A DNA stretch of 64,000 bases from Candidatus Omnitrophota bacterium (GTDB taxonomy: Bacteria > Omnitrophota > Gorgyraeia > Tantalellales > Tantalellaceae): assembly GCA_043822245.1 (NCBI GenBank), contig JBDRBY010000001.1:4337-68336 (forward strand), written 5' to 3'. Position 1 is the first letter of the stretch, and each line of letters begins with the position of its first letter. The notes under the pieces were generated by a model. The model was not told the origin of the DNA and ran no database searches. It was given only the letters and a program-made list of their open reading frames with translations. Shown here in pieces: positions 16,600 to 27,483 of this stretch. Both the position numbers and the translations under genes were made by a program.

Positions 16600-19500
16600 T
16601 TACCCCCAGCAAATTGAATCGTATTCGCATCTTGAGCATCTTTTCTTTTCGTCGCGCTCAGGTAATCTGTCGAATTTCAGCGCGCGTATATCTTTCCAGC
16701 ATCGAAGAATAACTGTTTCGAGTTCTTGGGTCATATCGTTCGTTAATTCAACTATTTCATTCCTGAAAATACCTTTTTCAAGGCCGTACTTTATAACGGT
16801 TGAACCTGCCGGCTCTAGAAATTGAATCATGCCTTTAGATATTTTTTCCCTTTTGCCATGCCCGGACGCCTTATCATACAACAATTTGTACGCTACAAGC
16901 TGGCGGTAATAATTATCACATTCATACGCGGAAATATCCCGCGAGTTGGCTATCGCCTTAACGTGATCGTCGGGTTTTCCCGTTTTATAATCAACTACTC
17001 TTACCGCCCCGCCGGGTTCTCTTTCAATTTTGTCAAACGCCCCTTTAAATATTAACCCTTCCGGAAGCTGAATCTCAAGTTTGTTTTCAAGATCAATCGG
17101 CATAAGAGGATCTTTTGAATCTTTCCGGTACCAATCTTTTATAGAAGTCTCCAGTTTGTGCCTGCACCAATTCTTTATCTGATCGTTTACTCCCTGAAAT
17201 TGCAATTCACGGTTAAATACCTTTTCGAAAAAATCAAAAGAAGGAAATTTTTTGTCTTTTATGAAAAGCGAATACAATTCTTCAAGCGCTTTGTGCGCGC
17301 AATTGCCAAATGTCAGATGCTGATTTTTTCTGCCGGGAAGCCTGAGGACATTATCATATAAAAATTTTCGGCCGCAGGAAATATAATTATTAAGGCTGGT
17401 CGGATTTAATGTTAAGTGCCGCACCATATCTTTCAAGATATGAGACGCGCCTTCAAATAAATCCCGGGGTTTACTCCCCGACAAGAACCGTATAAGAAAT
17501 TCTTCTTCTTCAAACGGAATAGTTTCAGCCTTTATATTCAAATTGCTTAAAAATTGAGTCGTTACCGCTTTTTCATGAAGCGCCGCGGTATAGATAAGAT
17601 GAGCCTTCGCGCGGGTAGAAACCACATAGAAAAGCCTTAGTTCGTCATAAACGCTTAACTCTTTTATCCGCTCTTTCTCTTTTACGCGCTGTTTACTCTT
17701 GTAAATTTCCGGCGGCAAAGGCACTGTGTCCGGTTTCCCGCGCACCGGCCAGCTTTCTCTTTGAAGGCAAAACGGCGCGAACACTGTATAAAACTCAAGC
17801 CCTTTTGCCGAGTGAGCGGTATACAGCCTTACGCCATCCTGGCTAAATGTGGCAAGCTCCCCCCGAAGCGGCATACCGTGAGTTTCACGTAAGCCAAGTT
17901 CCCATGTATATTTTTCCAGATTAAGGGCGGGGTCCGTCAAATCAGATTCCTTAATGCTATTTACAAAGGAACCTAACGCCCTTAAATCCCGTATACGAAG
18001 AAGTTTATCCTTTTCATAAGTACTAAGTATATAACGATGAAGATTCACATCGCTAATGTACCGCATAACAAGATCGTGCACAGGCCTTACCGCGCCATCG
18101 GTCATAAGCCTTGAGACAGCCCACGCGGCCATATGAAGAGCACGCGGATTTTTTAAATTCAAATTTTTTGTGATATCTAAAGCCTGGGAATCTTCTTCTT
18201 TCGGCGCGTTTTCATTATCAACAGGGAAACCAGATAAAAACTCTTGAAAAAAACCATAGTCGTTATATTTTTTTAGACCATTACTCAAAACAGCGCGTTT
18301 CCGCGCGCTCACCGATTCTATTATTTTAATAATGTCCGCGTGATTGGCGCGGATATAGTCCGAAGAAAGAACCTTATAAAGCACTGTTGATTTTCTGTCA
18401 TTTTCCCCGCCGAAGAGGCCGGCTAATTCCAACACGTCTAACATTTGCCGCACACGCTTCTCCGGGCGTATATCCTCTTTACCGTCAGTAGCGTAAGGAA
18501 TGCCCGCGCGAAGAAAGGCGTCTATCAATACCTGTATCTGCCGCCTCTTTCTTACAAGAACCGCTATGTTGTTATACGGCTTCGCCCGCTCGTCCAGAGA
18601 AAGATTTTCTTCCTGTGTTATGAATTCCGCCTGCCGTTTTATCTCCTGTGTTAAAAACGCGAGTTCTTCTTCTTTCGCGCTGAATTCTAAAAATCGTACC
18701 CCGTGTTTATCATAACTCCGGCACGACTGAAGGTTCTTCACCGAGAGCCTTTCTTCTTCAGAAAGCTGAGTTATAATCTTGTTAGAAAAGGTTATAATTT
18801 CAGGAGTTGACCGGTAATTAGATTTAAGTTCAATGGTATTGAGGCCTTTTACTTTTTCTTTTAGAGCGCGAAAATTCGCCAAACTCGCGCCCTGGAAACG
18901 GTATATCGCCTGATCATCGTCCCCCACACAGCAGACATTAGGCGCGTCATTTCCTATAACATAAAACAAAAGTTCAAGCTGGGCTCCATTTGTGTCCTGG
19001 AATTCATCAACCATTACGTACTTATACTGAGACCGAAACACATCCCTAAGAGTACTCTCCTTTTTAAGAGCGTCTATGGCGATAAGTATCATATCGTCAT
19101 AATCCATCCGCCCTCTTTGGTCAAAAAGTAACCCGCAATCTTCATTTTTAAGTTTTTCATAATTTTCATAGAGAAGAGCCAGCGCCTTAAGCCGCGGTAG
19201 GTTTTTCCCTTCAAGATTTATACCGTCAGGATGAAGGCCCGTTAACTGCCTTTTAAATTCATCAGGCCGGATACCTTCATTTTTCAATTCACTTATGCGT
19301 TTTTCGATCTCCTGCCGGTGAATATACGGCGCTCCAAAAGGCCTTAAGGGCTCTACGCCTTTAACATTGTCAATAATGTATTCCAGAGCTCTTATCTTTT
19401 CGATTTCACCTATTTCTATCTTTTCTTTGATATATTCAACCGCGCTTTCAGATTCCAGAACAATGGAATTCGCGAAACTGTGAAATGTTTCAACATCAAG

Positions 19501-19764
19501 GTTGTAACCATCAGGGCCGATAATCTCAGAGAGCCTCTCCCGCATAGCGACGCGGGCGGCATTTGAAAAAGTCAGTATGAGGATATTTTCCGGACGCGCC
19601 TTTTTACTTTGAATGATATTCGCGGCACGGATAGAAAGCAGTTGTGTTTTGCCCGTACCCGGGCCCGCCAAAACAAGGAGCGCGCCTTCAGTCATATCAA
19701 CTGCCTGGCGCTGTTCGCTGTTAAGACGCTCGTAATGCTCCTTGAACAAATCCATTCGCTTCAT
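16600..19764 (-). CDS. UvrD/PcrA-family SF1 helicase fused to a C-terminal PD-(D/E)xK (RecB/Cas4-like) nuclease with a 4-Cys cluster (AddA-like architecture)
   Basis: Walker A LVLAGPGTGKTQLL with UvrD motifs through ~aa 700. The C-terminus has DYKTGKP...QLVAYKLLY and CSRCEYDSIC. The start is chosen at the ATG at 19764 (Met7 of the track ORF, whose first codon is TTG). Confidence 0.75.
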   Translation of the reverse strand: MKRMDLFKEHYERLNSEQRQAVDMTEGALLVLAGPGTGKTQLLSIRAANIIQSKKARPENILILTFSNAARVAMRERLSEIIGPDGYNLDVETFHSFANSIVLESESAVEYIKEKIEIGEIEKIRALEYIIDNVKGVEPLRPFGAPYIHRQEIEKRISELKNEGIRPDEFKRQLTGLHPDGINLEGKNLPRLKALALLYENYEKLKNEDCGLLFDQRGRMDYDDMILIAIDALKKESTLRDVFRSQYKYVMVDEFQDTNGAQLELLFYVIGNDAPNVCCVGDDDQAIYRFQGASLANFRALKEKVKGLNTIELKSNYRSTPEIITFSNKIITQLSEEERLSVKNLQSCRSYDKHGVRFLEFSAKEEELAFLTQEIKRQAEFITQEENLSLDERAKPYNNIAVLVRKRRQIQVLIDAFLRAGIPYATDGKEDIRPEKRVRQMLDVLELAGLFGGENDRKSTVLYKVLSSDYIRANHADIIKIIESVSARKRAVLSNGLKKYNDYGFFQEFLSGFPVDNENAPKEEDSQALDITKNLNLKNPRALHMAAWAVSRLMTDGAVRPVHDLVMRYISDVNLHRYILSTYEKDKLLRIRDLRALGSFVNSIKESDLTDPALNLEKYTWELGLRETHGMPLRGELATFSQDGVRLYTAHSAKGLEFYTVFAPFCLQRESWPVRGKPDTVPLPPEIYKSKQRVKEKERIKELSVYDELRLFYVVSTRAKAHLIYTAALHEKAVTTQFLSNLNIKAETIPFEEEEFLIRFLSGSKPRDLFEGASHILKDMVRHLTLNPTSLNNYISCGRKFLYDNVLRLPGRKNQHLTFGNCAHKALEELYSLFIKDKKFPSFDFFEKVFNRELQFQGVNDQIKNWCRHKLETSIKDWYRKDSKDPLMPIDLENKLEIQLPEGLIFKGAFDKIEREPGGAVRVVDYKTGKPDDHVKAIANSRDISAYECDNYYRQLVAYKLLYDKASGHGKREKISKGMIQFLEPAGSTVIKYGLEKGIFRNEIVELTNDMTQELETVILRCWKDIRALKFDRLPERDEKKRCSRCEYDSICWG

Positions 19765-19830
19765 TTTAACCTTTATTAACAAAAATTACTCTTTAAGACT
19801 TTTGCGCGACAATCGGGATTATCGCAACTC

Positions 19831-19898
19831 TTAAATCCCCCTGGCCCCCTTTTTCAAAGGGGGGATGGATTGAAATAAGGGAGCTAGGGGGATTTAAG
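19831..19898 (+). repeat. Most complete copy of the hairpin repeat family: leader TTAAATCCCCCTGG + CCCCCTTTTTCAAAGGGGGG + inverted leader CTAGGGGGATTTAA (MITE-like, with terminal inverted repeats)
   Basis: cttaaatccccctggccccctttttcaaaggggggatggattgaaataagggagctagggggatttaag. Confidence 0.85.
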
Positions 19899-19954
19899 AA
19901 TTAAAATGGAACACAATTTATTTTTCCGCCCTTATGAAAAATAGGTGTCCAACA

Positions 19955-20560
19955 TTACATTTTGCTAATCTGAAACACCGCGTTTAGGGCAAAAACGTTG
20001 GGTAGTAGTTTTATGATTTTTCTTTCGGTTAGAAAGATTCCTTTTTCAATAATTATTCCCTGGCTTGAACAAAAATTCTCAAAATCTTTTATCGAAAGAA
20101 AATGAAGGTTTGGGGTATCGTACCATAAATACGGCAGGGACGCGGTTATGGGAACATGGCCGCCAAAAAATATCTGTATCCTGGCTTTTATGTTACAAAA
20201 ATTCGGAAAACCAGTTATGACCTTTTTGCCTACTCTCAAAGCCTCTATTATCGCTTCTTTGGGCCGATACACCTGCTGCATTGTCTGATTAAATATCACA
20301 TAGTCAAACAGGCCGTCCGGATATTCTTTTAATCCTGAATCAATATCACCGTGTGAAACACTAAGGCCTTTTTCCACACATTTATAAATTGCTTCCTCAT
20401 TTATTTCCACGCCCGCGCCTTTAACACCTTTACTCCGCTCCAAATACTCCAACAGCTCTCCGCGCCCGCATCCGACATCAAGCACTTTTGACCCTTCACC
20501 TATCATATCCCCGATGGCTTTAAGATCAAGGCGCAAATCTTCTTTTTCTCGGCTTATCAT
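19955..20560 (-). CDS. metW: Methionine biosynthesis protein MetW
   Basis: SAM-MTase-like MetW signature ([15 protein letters not shown]), ~200 aa, 4-nt overlap with metX. Confidence 0.8.
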   Translation of the reverse strand: MISREKEDLRLDLKAIGDMIGEGSKVLDVGCGRGELLEYLERSKGVKGAGVEINEEAIYKCVEKGLSVSHGDIDSGLKEYPDGLFDYVIFNQTMQQVYRPKEAIIEALRVGKKVITGFPNFCNIKARIQIFFGGHVPITASLPYLWYDTPNLHFLSIKDFENFCSSQGIIIEKGIFLTERKIIKLLPNVFALNAVFQISKM

Positions 20561-21687
20561 TCTTCACTCTCCAGGCCTTTTTCCGTACTCGCCAGAAAAT
20601 GTTTTACAAGTTTAGTTTCTTCATTGAACTTAAGAAGAAAGGCGTCATGTCCATAGTTAGAACTAATTTCACAATAGGTCACATCTAAGCCGTTCATTTT
20701 AAGGGCTCTGACGATCTCTTCAGACTGGCTCGGCGGATACAGCCAGTCTGAACTAAAAGCAATTACCAAAAATCTTGATTCGCATTTTTCGAAGGCGGAA
20801 CACAATTTCTTATTTTTTTGAAGATCAAAATAATCCATCGCCTTGGTAAGATACAAGTAGGAATTAGCATCAAACCGTTTAACAAAACTATCGCTTTTGT
20901 AACGCAAATATCCCTCTACTTCAAACTCGCTTGAAAACTCATATCCCAATTCTTTTTTCTTAAACGCGCGGCCGAATTTTTGTTCCATTGACTCATTGCT
21001 CATGTAAGTAATGTGCCCAATCATGCGGGCAACTGCCAGCCCGCGTAAAGGATGATTTTTTTTATAATAATCCCCGCCATTCCACTCAGGATCCGCCATT
21101 ATGGCCTGGCGGCCTACTTCATCAAACGCTATCTGCTGAGCGGAATGCTTATAACTTGTCGCGATGGGAATACATGAAACAACACTCTGGGGATACGACA
21201 CCGCCCATTGCAACACCTGCATCCCGCCCATTGATCCCCCTGCGACAGAAAGGAGTTTCTTTATTCCTAAAAAATCGACCAGATTTTTCTGCGCGTTTAC
21301 CATGTCCTTTATGGAAATAATGGGAAAACTCAACCCATAAGGTTTCCCTGTGGAAGGATTTATAGATTTGGGGCCGCTTGAACCTTTGCATCCACCAATA
21401 ACATTGGAACATATAACAAAATATTTTTGTGTATCAAAAGCTTTGCCCTCACCAATCATCTCATGCCACCAACCAGGATCTTTTTCGCCTTTGTGAAACC
21501 CTGCAACGTGAGCGTCTCCTGAAAGCGCGTGGCATATCAAAACAGCATTTGTCTTTTTCTTGTTCAACTCGCCATACGTCTCATATGCCAGTTGAAGTCC
21601 TTCCAGATTCGCGCCGCTTTCAAGGATAAACTTCGCGCCATTAGGCAGACTGTAATATTTTGTCTCTACGGTTTCTTTGTTTGTCAT
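20557..21687 (-). CDS. metX: Homoserine O-acetyltransferase MetX (alpha/beta hydrolase)
   Basis: [17 protein letters not shown] and the GGSMGGMQ nucleophile elbow; 376 aa. Confidence 0.85.
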   Translation of the reverse strand: MTNKETVETKYYSLPNGAKFILESGANLEGLQLAYETYGELNKKKTNAVLICHALSGDAHVAGFHKGEKDPGWWHEMIGEGKAFDTQKYFVICSNVIGGCKGSSGPKSINPSTGKPYGLSFPIISIKDMVNAQKNLVDFLGIKKLLSVAGGSMGGMQVLQWAVSYPQSVVSCIPIATSYKHSAQQIAFDEVGRQAIMADPEWNGGDYYKKNHPLRGLAVARMIGHITYMSNESMEQKFGRAFKKKELGYEFSSEFEVEGYLRYKSDSFVKRFDANSYLYLTKAMDYFDLQKNKKLCSAFEKCESRFLVIAFSSDWLYPPSQSEEIVRALKMNGLDVTYCEISSNYGHDAFLLKFNEETKLVKHFLASTEKGLESEE

Positions 21688-21704
21688 ATCTTTCTCGGAT
21701 AACG

Positions 21705-22616
21705 CTACCGGCCGCTCAAATATCTTTCTCCGGTGTCACACAATATTGTGACAACCATCTTACCCGCGTTTTCAGGCCTCGCGGCAACGCGCGTGCTGGC
21801 CGCGACATTTGCCCCTGATGAAATTCCCGCTAAAATTCCTTCTTCCTTAGCGAGCCTTTGAACATAGCTAAGAGCTTCATCGTCTGAGATTTGTATTATC
21901 TCATCTATCAATTCTTCTTTCAAGATTTTAGGGATAAAACCCGCTCCTATTCCCTGTATCTTATGAACACCGGCTTTGCCGCCTGAAAGAACGGCTGAAG
22001 ATGACGGTTCAACTCCAATAATTTTTATGCCGCGCTTCTTTTGTTTTAACACATCCGCGACTCCGGTAATGGTCCCGCCCGTACCGATTCCGCAGGCAAA
22101 AACATCAACCTTTCCTTCCGTATCGTTCCAGATTTCAACAGCGGTAGTCCGTCTATGTACGTCAGGATTAGCCTCATTCTCAAATTGCTGCGGCATAAAC
22201 GAGCCAGGTGTTTTTTTCTTTATTTTTTTCGCTTTTTCTATCGCGCCGGCCATACCTGACTCACCCGGTGTCAGGATAAGTTCCGCGCCCAACATTTTTA
22301 AAAGCGCTTTACGTTCATAGCTCATATTTTCGGGCATAGTTAAGATAAGCTTGTATCCTTTGACCGCTGAAACAAAAGCTAAAGCTATCCCTGTGTTCCC
22401 GCTTGTAGGCTCAATAATCACGGTGCCGGGTTTTACTTCGCCACTTTTCTCCGCCTCTTCTATCATCGCTAAGCCTACACGGTCTTTTATACTTGAAAGA
22501 GGATTAAAAAACTCAGCTTTTGCTATTATTTGGCAGGCCAAACCCCTGCCGATTTTTCGCAACCGGATAAGCGGAGTCCGCCCAATTGTTTGTGTAATGT
22601 CGTCATAGATGGGCAT
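21705..22616 (-). CDS. cysK: Cysteine synthase (O-acetylserine sulfhydrylase), PLP-dependent
   Basis: IGRTPLIRL...[14 protein letters not shown]...[14 protein letters not shown]; 303 aa. Confidence 0.85.
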   Translation of the reverse strand: MPIYDDITQTIGRTPLIRLRKIGRGLACQIIAKAEFFNPLSSIKDRVGLAMIEEAEKSGEVKPGTVIIEPTSGNTGIALAFVSAVKGYKLILTMPENMSYERKALLKMLGAELILTPGESGMAGAIEKAKKIKKKTPGSFMPQQFENEANPDVHRRTTAVEIWNDTEGKVDVFACGIGTGGTITGVADVLKQKKRGIKIIGVEPSSSAVLSGGKAGVHKIQGIGAGFIPKILKEELIDEIIQISDDEALSYVQRLAKEEGILAGISSGANVAASTRVAARPENAGKMVVTILCDTGERYLSGR

Positions 22617-22630
22617 ATATTAAACCTACC

Positions 22631-23935
22631 CTACACTTTCCCCAAAGCCTGGTCAATGTCGTCTATTAGATCCTGAACATTTTCAATACCAATGGATAAA
22701 CGCACAAAATCATCTGTTACACCGGCTGATTTTCTTTCTTTGGCTGAAAGCTGATGATGAGTTGTGGACGCGGGATGTATTGCCAGGCTTTTCGCGTCTC
22801 CTATATTCGCCAGATGCCGAAACAGTTCAAGAGAATCAATAAATTTTTTTCCCGCCTTTAACCCGCCTTTAACGCCAAAACCCGCCAGGCCGGAATACCA
22901 TCCGTTTGTAAAATATTTTTTGGCGATATGATGCGTGAAATGTTCTTTAAGGCCGGGATAATTAACCCAAGACACTTTTTTATGTTCTGTTAAAAACCGC
23001 GCTACCAGCAGCGCGTTCTCACTATGACGCGGCATTCTCAAATGCAGTGTTTCCAGCCCCATTAAAAAAAGAAACGCGTTAAACGGGCTTAAACACGCGC
23101 CAAGATCCCTCAAAAGGCTGGCTCTAAGTTTAGAGGTAAAAACAGTATTTCCTTTTCCTGGAACTTTGTTGAATTTTTTCGAAAAATTTAATCCGTGGTA
23201 ACTGGGATCCGGGCTGGTAAGGTGCTTGAATTTTCCAAGCCTCCAATCAAATTTACCTGAGTCAACAATAATACCGCCGATTGATGTGCCGAACCCCCCG
23301 ATATACTTAGTGGCGGAATGCACAACTATATCAGCGCCAAAACGTATCGGGTTAACCAGGAACGGTGTTCCCACGGTATTATCTATGATAAGCGGAATAG
23401 CATTTTCATGAGCTATTCTTCCGGCTTCCTCAAAATCAAAAGCATCCAGTTTGGGATTTCCCAAGGTTTCCGCGTACACCGCTTTTGTTTTTTTTGTGAT
23501 TTGTTTTTTTAAATTTTTAATATCGGATGGGTCTATAAATTTAAATTTTATGCCTAATTTACGCAATGTGTAATGAAACAAAGTATATGTCCCACCGTAC
23601 AAACTGCTTGAAGAGATAATCTCATCCCCCGGCGAAGCCACATTTAAAATGGTAAGCGCGATTGCCGCCTGGCCTGAAGCCGTCGCGACAGCACTAGTCC
23701 CTCTTTCCAGTGACGCGACTCTCTCTTCGAATATATTCACAGTTGGATTCGCTAAACGGGTGTAGATATTCCCTTCTTTCTTCAACGAAAAAAGATCTGC
23801 CGCGTCTTGAGCGCTCTTAAACACATACGACGCTGTCTGATATATGGGTTCGGCGCTTGAACCGGTCACAGGGTCAAACTCGTATCCCGCGTGCACGGCT
23901 AAAGTTTCAGGCCTCCACTTTTTCTTGCTTGTCAT
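22631..23935 (-). CDS. metY: O-acetylhomoserine aminocarboxypropyltransferase (O-acetylhomoserine sulfhydrylase) MetY
   Basis: Cys/Met-metabolism PLP-enzyme motifs ([16 protein letters not shown]). The ATG at 23935 overlaps the upstream stop (ATGA). Confidence 0.85.
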   Translation of the reverse strand: MTSKKKWRPETLAVHAGYEFDPVTGSSAEPIYQTASYVFKSAQDAADLFSLKKEGNIYTRLANPTVNIFEERVASLERGTSAVATASGQAAIALTILNVASPGDEIISSSSLYGGTYTLFHYTLRKLGIKFKFIDPSDIKNLKKQITKKTKAVYAETLGNPKLDAFDFEEAGRIAHENAIPLIIDNTVGTPFLVNPIRFGADIVVHSATKYIGGFGTSIGGIIVDSGKFDWRLGKFKHLTSPDPSYHGLNFSKKFNKVPGKGNTVFTSKLRASLLRDLGACLSPFNAFLFLMGLETLHLRMPRHSENALLVARFLTEHKKVSWVNYPGLKEHFTHHIAKKYFTNGWYSGLAGFGVKGGLKAGKKFIDSLELFRHLANIGDAKSLAIHPASTTHHQLSAKERKSAGVTDDFVRLSIGIENVQDLIDDIDQALGKV

Positions 23936-24951
23936 GGTTTTTCCTCCCAATACCCGGGTTCATTGAGCCTTTTCTCCCGCAGGGTTTCTATCTTTGTGTT
24001 TCTGCCGAATATGTATCCTGATCCGTATAAATTACGCGCCCAATACACACCCTCTTTCCACATGTAATACGCCACAAACTCCCATAAAGGCGGGGAGACT
24101 CTTCTTGCCTCGTAAGTCACATAGTCATGATTAACCGTTACCCGGACGTAGTGAAGGTATCCGCCTCGCGCTTCCGGGATTTCCTCAAGCATGCCCCCGC
24201 CGCCGGTTACGATATAATCAACCCCTCCAAAATTTTCATGTTTAAACATATGCCTATGTCCGGAAAAAACCATCCTTACCTTATTTTCGGCGCAAAGTTT
24301 ACGAAATTTATAAGCCCACGGGCTGTTATCTTCGTTATACCAATCCTCTTGATACGGATCAAAAGGCGGCTTATGCATAATTACAAAGGTGTGCGTGTAT
24401 TTTTGGCCTTTTAGAAGCTGATCCTTCAACCAATCAAATTGGGATTTCTTAATCTCACCTTTTTCATTATCCAGCACAATAAAATACGCGTTTCGATTAA
24501 CAAAAACAAACTGGCCTTCTCCTAAAAACCGCCTAAATAAGCTCTTATCATCATGGTTGCCATACCCTGCCAAAACAGGATACTTTATCAATTTTTGCAA
24601 TTTTTTAAAGGCAGAAAAATGCGCTTCCTTGCCGTCAAGAGTAATATCCCCCGGGCTTATCACAAAATCTATCGGGGCCTTACGAAATCTATCCTCCCGG
24701 TTCATATGCCATATTTCTTTAAGCGCGGCGGCATCATTAAAAATGAGCCCCGCGTGGTTATCCCCCCAGACAATAAAAGAAAAATACGCGCCTTTATTCT
24801 CCCCCAAAAGCGCCGACGATTTCTCATTGTTATCATTTAAAGAAGCGCCGTCCATCAGCCAAAAAGGAATAAGAGGAAGAAAAGAATAGATGACCATGCC
24901 GCAAAATAAAACTACCGCCATTCTATTCCAGCTAATGTTTTTTATTTTCAT
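23932..24951 (-). CDS. Membrane-anchored calcineurin-like metallophosphoesterase
   Basis: GDNH, GNHDD, GHRH metallophosphatase motifs; N-terminal TM. Confidence 0.7.
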   Translation of the reverse strand: MKIKNISWNRMAVVLFCGMVIYSFLPLIPFWLMDGASLNDNNEKSSALLGENKGAYFSFIVWGDNHAGLIFNDAAALKEIWHMNREDRFRKAPIDFVISPGDITLDGKEAHFSAFKKLQKLIKYPVLAGYGNHDDKSLFRRFLGEGQFVFVNRNAYFIVLDNEKGEIKKSQFDWLKDQLLKGQKYTHTFVIMHKPPFDPYQEDWYNEDNSPWAYKFRKLCAENKVRMVFSGHRHMFKHENFGGVDYIVTGGGGMLEEIPEARGGYLHYVRVTVNHDYVTYEARRVSPPLWEFVAYYMWKEGVYWARNLYGSGYIFGRNTKIETLREKRLNEPGYWEEKP

Positions 24952-24975
24952 TTTATTCTATGCTCCGCCAAAATT

Positions 24976-25455
24976 CTATTCTCTCGTTATGCTTTCAATC
25001 TTATATTCCAGAATACCTGCCGGCACTTGGATCTCAACCACATCCCCGGCCTTATGCCCCATAAGGGCTTTGCCGACAGGAGAAGAAATCGATATTTTAT
25101 TAAGTGTGAAATCTGATTCCTCTTCCGCGACAAGCATATAATCAAACAGATCACCGGTCTTACTATCTTTTATTTTTACCATGGCACCAATTAATACCTC
25201 ATCTTTGGACATTTCACTATGATTAATTATCCTCGCGCGCATTAAAACATCTTCAAGCTCGGATATCTTTTTTTCATTCATAGCCTGCGCTTCCTTTGCC
25301 GCGTCATATTCAGCATTTTCACTTAGATCGCCATGAGCGCGGGCGGAAGAAAGATCTCTCGCTATAGCCCTGCGCTTTTCTCCCTTCAACACCTCTAACT
25401 CACGGCACATCCTATCCCTGCCTTCACGTGTAAGCATTACATGTTTTGAACTCAT
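24976..25455 (-). CDS. greA: Transcription elongation factor GreA
   Basis: Coiled-coil N-terminus with acidic tip (ENAEYDAAKE) and FKBP-like C-domain; 159 aa. Confidence 0.85.
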   Translation of the reverse strand: MSSKHVMLTREGRDRMCRELEVLKGEKRRAIARDLSSARAHGDLSENAEYDAAKEAQAMNEKKISELEDVLMRARIINHSEMSKDEVLIGAMVKIKDSKTGDLFDYMLVAEEESDFTLNKISISSPVGKALMGHKAGDVVEIQVPAGILEYKIESITRE

Positions 25456-25593
25456 GTCGCATCCTCCTCTAGCCCTGTACCTTTAAACACTTATTTAGTA
25501 TATAGGAATCTTGAAAAAATAACAAATGAAAATTTTGACATAACGCGGAAATCTGTACTCTAATGACAATTAAAACCCACAGATCCCGTTCAA

Positions 25594-25622
25594 GCGGAAC
25601 GGCCGCTACCGTTCCCTACGGG
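25594..25622 (+). repeat. GCGGAACGGCCGCTACCGTTCCCTACGG hairpin element nested in an AAAACCCAC...GGGTTTT outer stem (copy 1 of 2)
   Basis: Read directly. A second copy is at 31535-31560 (CGGAACGGTCGCGCCCGTTCCCTCCG) in the same orientation. Confidence 0.6.
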
Positions 25623-25958
25623 TTTTGATTTTACATTTTCAAGATTGTCGGGGATATTACAGGTCCCCTTACAAATGGGGGGTGGCAAAACGTTAAAAAT
25701 AAAATAGTCAGTCTCTTGACCTTGCTATTTTTACTTTTATGGTTCATACTTGATACATAGAGTAATAATGACGTGTTCTTTCATATTGCTTAAGTTCCAT
25801 CAAACGATAAAGGCAAACTATTCGAAAGAATAGGGCTGCAATGTCATGAGCCTAAATCCCCTTTTGGGGACATGGTCGTCAGACTGCCGAATTTGACTCC
25901 TTTGGATTTTCATCTCAATCTGACTTTTTTGCGGCCCTACTGTTTAAGGCGGGGAGAG

Positions 25959-27011
25959 ATGAAACTCTTAAGGAAAAATTCAAATTTAATTATTTTTTTT
26001 GTTCTAGCTGTTTTTTTCTCATCGATTATCTCCTGCCCTTCAATTTCCTTAAGTTCCGAAATAGACTTTTTGCCTATGCAAAAAGGCATGTGTTACGTGA
26101 CGTGGGATAAAAACAAGTTTTCTTCCTATTACTCGGATGAGTCTTTAGAAAAATTAGTATCAATGGGTGTCGAATATGTATCAATAACTCCAACCCATTA
26201 CCAGGAAAGTTTTGCCTCTACTGATATAAAAAGCACGGACCAAACTACCTCTATCTCGAGTTTAATCCATGCGATAAAAAAATCTCACGCGCTCGGCTTA
26301 AAGGTTATGATAAAGCCGCACATTGATCTTATTGACAAGTATGACGGCACTTATTGGCGCGCGGACATCGGATTTTCTAATGAAAAAGACTGGCAAAAAT
26401 GGTTCACTGGATATAAAAAACTAATGAATTCCTACGCGAGCATATGTGAAAAACATAATGTCGAACTCTTCTGCGTGGGCACAGAGCTCGCTTTTGCCGC
26501 GCAAAAAACCTCTGAATGGCGTATCATCATAAGCTCAATAAGAGGAATATATTCCGGCAGGCTTGTATACGCGGCAAACTGGGATAATTTCAAAAATATC
26601 GGATTTTGGGATGACTTGGATTATATCGGCATAAACGCTTTTTTCCCTCTTTCGCAAAAAACAAATCCAAGTTTAGAAGATTTAAAAAACGGATGGAATA
26701 AGTGGAAACAAGACCTCCAACTATGGCAGGGGAATCTTAAAAAACCGATTATCTTCACAGAAATAGGTTATCCCAGCATCTGGCACGCGCCAAATTCTCC
26801 GTGGCAAAACCCTGGAAGCGGGAATTGCGACTTAATTATTCAGGCGAAATGTTACAAAGCTTTTTTTGAAACCATCTGGACAGAGCCATGGCTCGCGGGG
26901 GTGTACTGGTGGAAGTGGGATACGAATATCCACGCGGGAGGAAAAAATAACCGTAATTTTACGCCGCAGAATAAACCCGCGCAGGAAATCATAGAGGCTC
27001 ATTACAAATGA
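25959..27011 (+). CDS. Secreted clan GH-A glycoside hydrolase, GH113/GH5-like (putative beta-mannanase)
   Basis: Signal peptide from the internal ATG 25959 (MKLLRKNSNLIIFFVLAVFF, GGGGAGAG SD). Candidate catalytic glutamates are in VGTELAF and IFTEIGYP, with GH-A spacing. Assignment to a specific family is tentative. Confidence 0.5.
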   Translation: MKLLRKNSNLIIFFVLAVFFSSIISCPSISLSSEIDFLPMQKGMCYVTWDKNKFSSYYSDESLEKLVSMGVEYVSITPTHYQESFASTDIKSTDQTTSISSLIHAIKKSHALGLKVMIKPHIDLIDKYDGTYWRADIGFSNEKDWQKWFTGYKKLMNSYASICEKHNVELFCVGTELAFAAQKTSEWRIIISSIRGIYSGRLVYAANWDNFKNIGFWDDLDYIGINAFFPLSQKTNPSLEDLKNGWNKWKQDLQLWQGNLKKPIIFTEIGYPSIWHAPNSPWQNPGSGNCDLIIQAKCYKAFFETIWTEPWLAGVYWWKWDTNIHAGGKNNRNFTPQNKPAQEIIEAHYK

Positions 27012-27018
27012 GGAACAT

Positions 27019-27435
27019 ATGCGCTATTTAATCTACAAAAAAATGATTTTTGTTTCATTCTTAGGAATATTTGTCCTTAGCTCGGCCCTGTTACACGCAG
27101 CGCCTGAGAAAAAAATCAGGTACATCAGGTCTAAATATGGCATCAAGGCCTTAACTGAGATCGACAAAAATCGCGAAAAAATGACTACGGCCTACGAAAA
27201 AGAAACTAAAAACTATACGGCCGTTAAAAACGCTTTGATATCAAACAATCTTCAGAAAGGAGATCCCGCCGTTAAAATTACAGGTCTATACGGCAATCCC
27301 GTGATAATCCTTTCAGAATATAGCGGTACCAAGTCAAAATGGTTATACAAACCTCATTCAGCCAGTTTTTTTTCAAAAGAGAAAATATACCTTATCTTTG
27401 ATAATAACAATAATCTTTCAGGGTGGATAGCTTAG
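27019..27435 (+). CDS. Secreted hypothetical protein
   Basis: N-terminal signal peptide; no recognisable domain. Confidence 0.4.
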   Translation: MRYLIYKKMIFVSFLGIFVLSSALLHAAPEKKIRYIRSKYGIKALTEIDKNREKMTTAYEKETKNYTAVKNALISNNLQKGDPAVKITGLYGNPVIILSEYSGTKSKWLYKPHSASFFSKEKIYLIFDNNNNLSGWIA

Positions 27436-27443
27436 AACATTGT

Positions 27444-27468
27444 AGAGACGAGGCAATGCCTCGTCTCT
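27444..27468. repeat. 25-bp perfect palindrome AGAGACGAGGCAATGCCTCGTCTCT (extendable to ~19-bp arms) between convergent genes
   Basis: Read directly. It is a member of the AGAGACG...CGTCTCT family. Confidence 0.8.
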
Positions 27469-27483
27469 GCAATGTGGAATCAC

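Noticed and set aside
16600-19782. Calling the helicase-nuclease a known anti-phage system (Nhi, Gabija or Hachiman)
   Set aside because: There is a single gene with a housekeeping neighbourhood (the met operon and yhaM), no partner genes, and the domain order matches AddA-type repair enzymes. Without a database comparison, a defence call is not supportable.
21149-21412. 87-aa minus-strand ORF overlapping metX in another frame
   Set aside because: It lies fully inside the well-supported metX coding sequence and has no independent support.
25456-25871. Possible SAM riboswitch or T-box leader upstream of the greA-phosphoesterase-metY-cysK-metX-metW gene string
   Set aside because: I could not recognise SAM-I/II or T-box conserved motifs in either strand of the greA upstream region. 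Only the CGGAACGG hairpin element and a sigma-70-like promoter for the plus-strand GH gene were seen.
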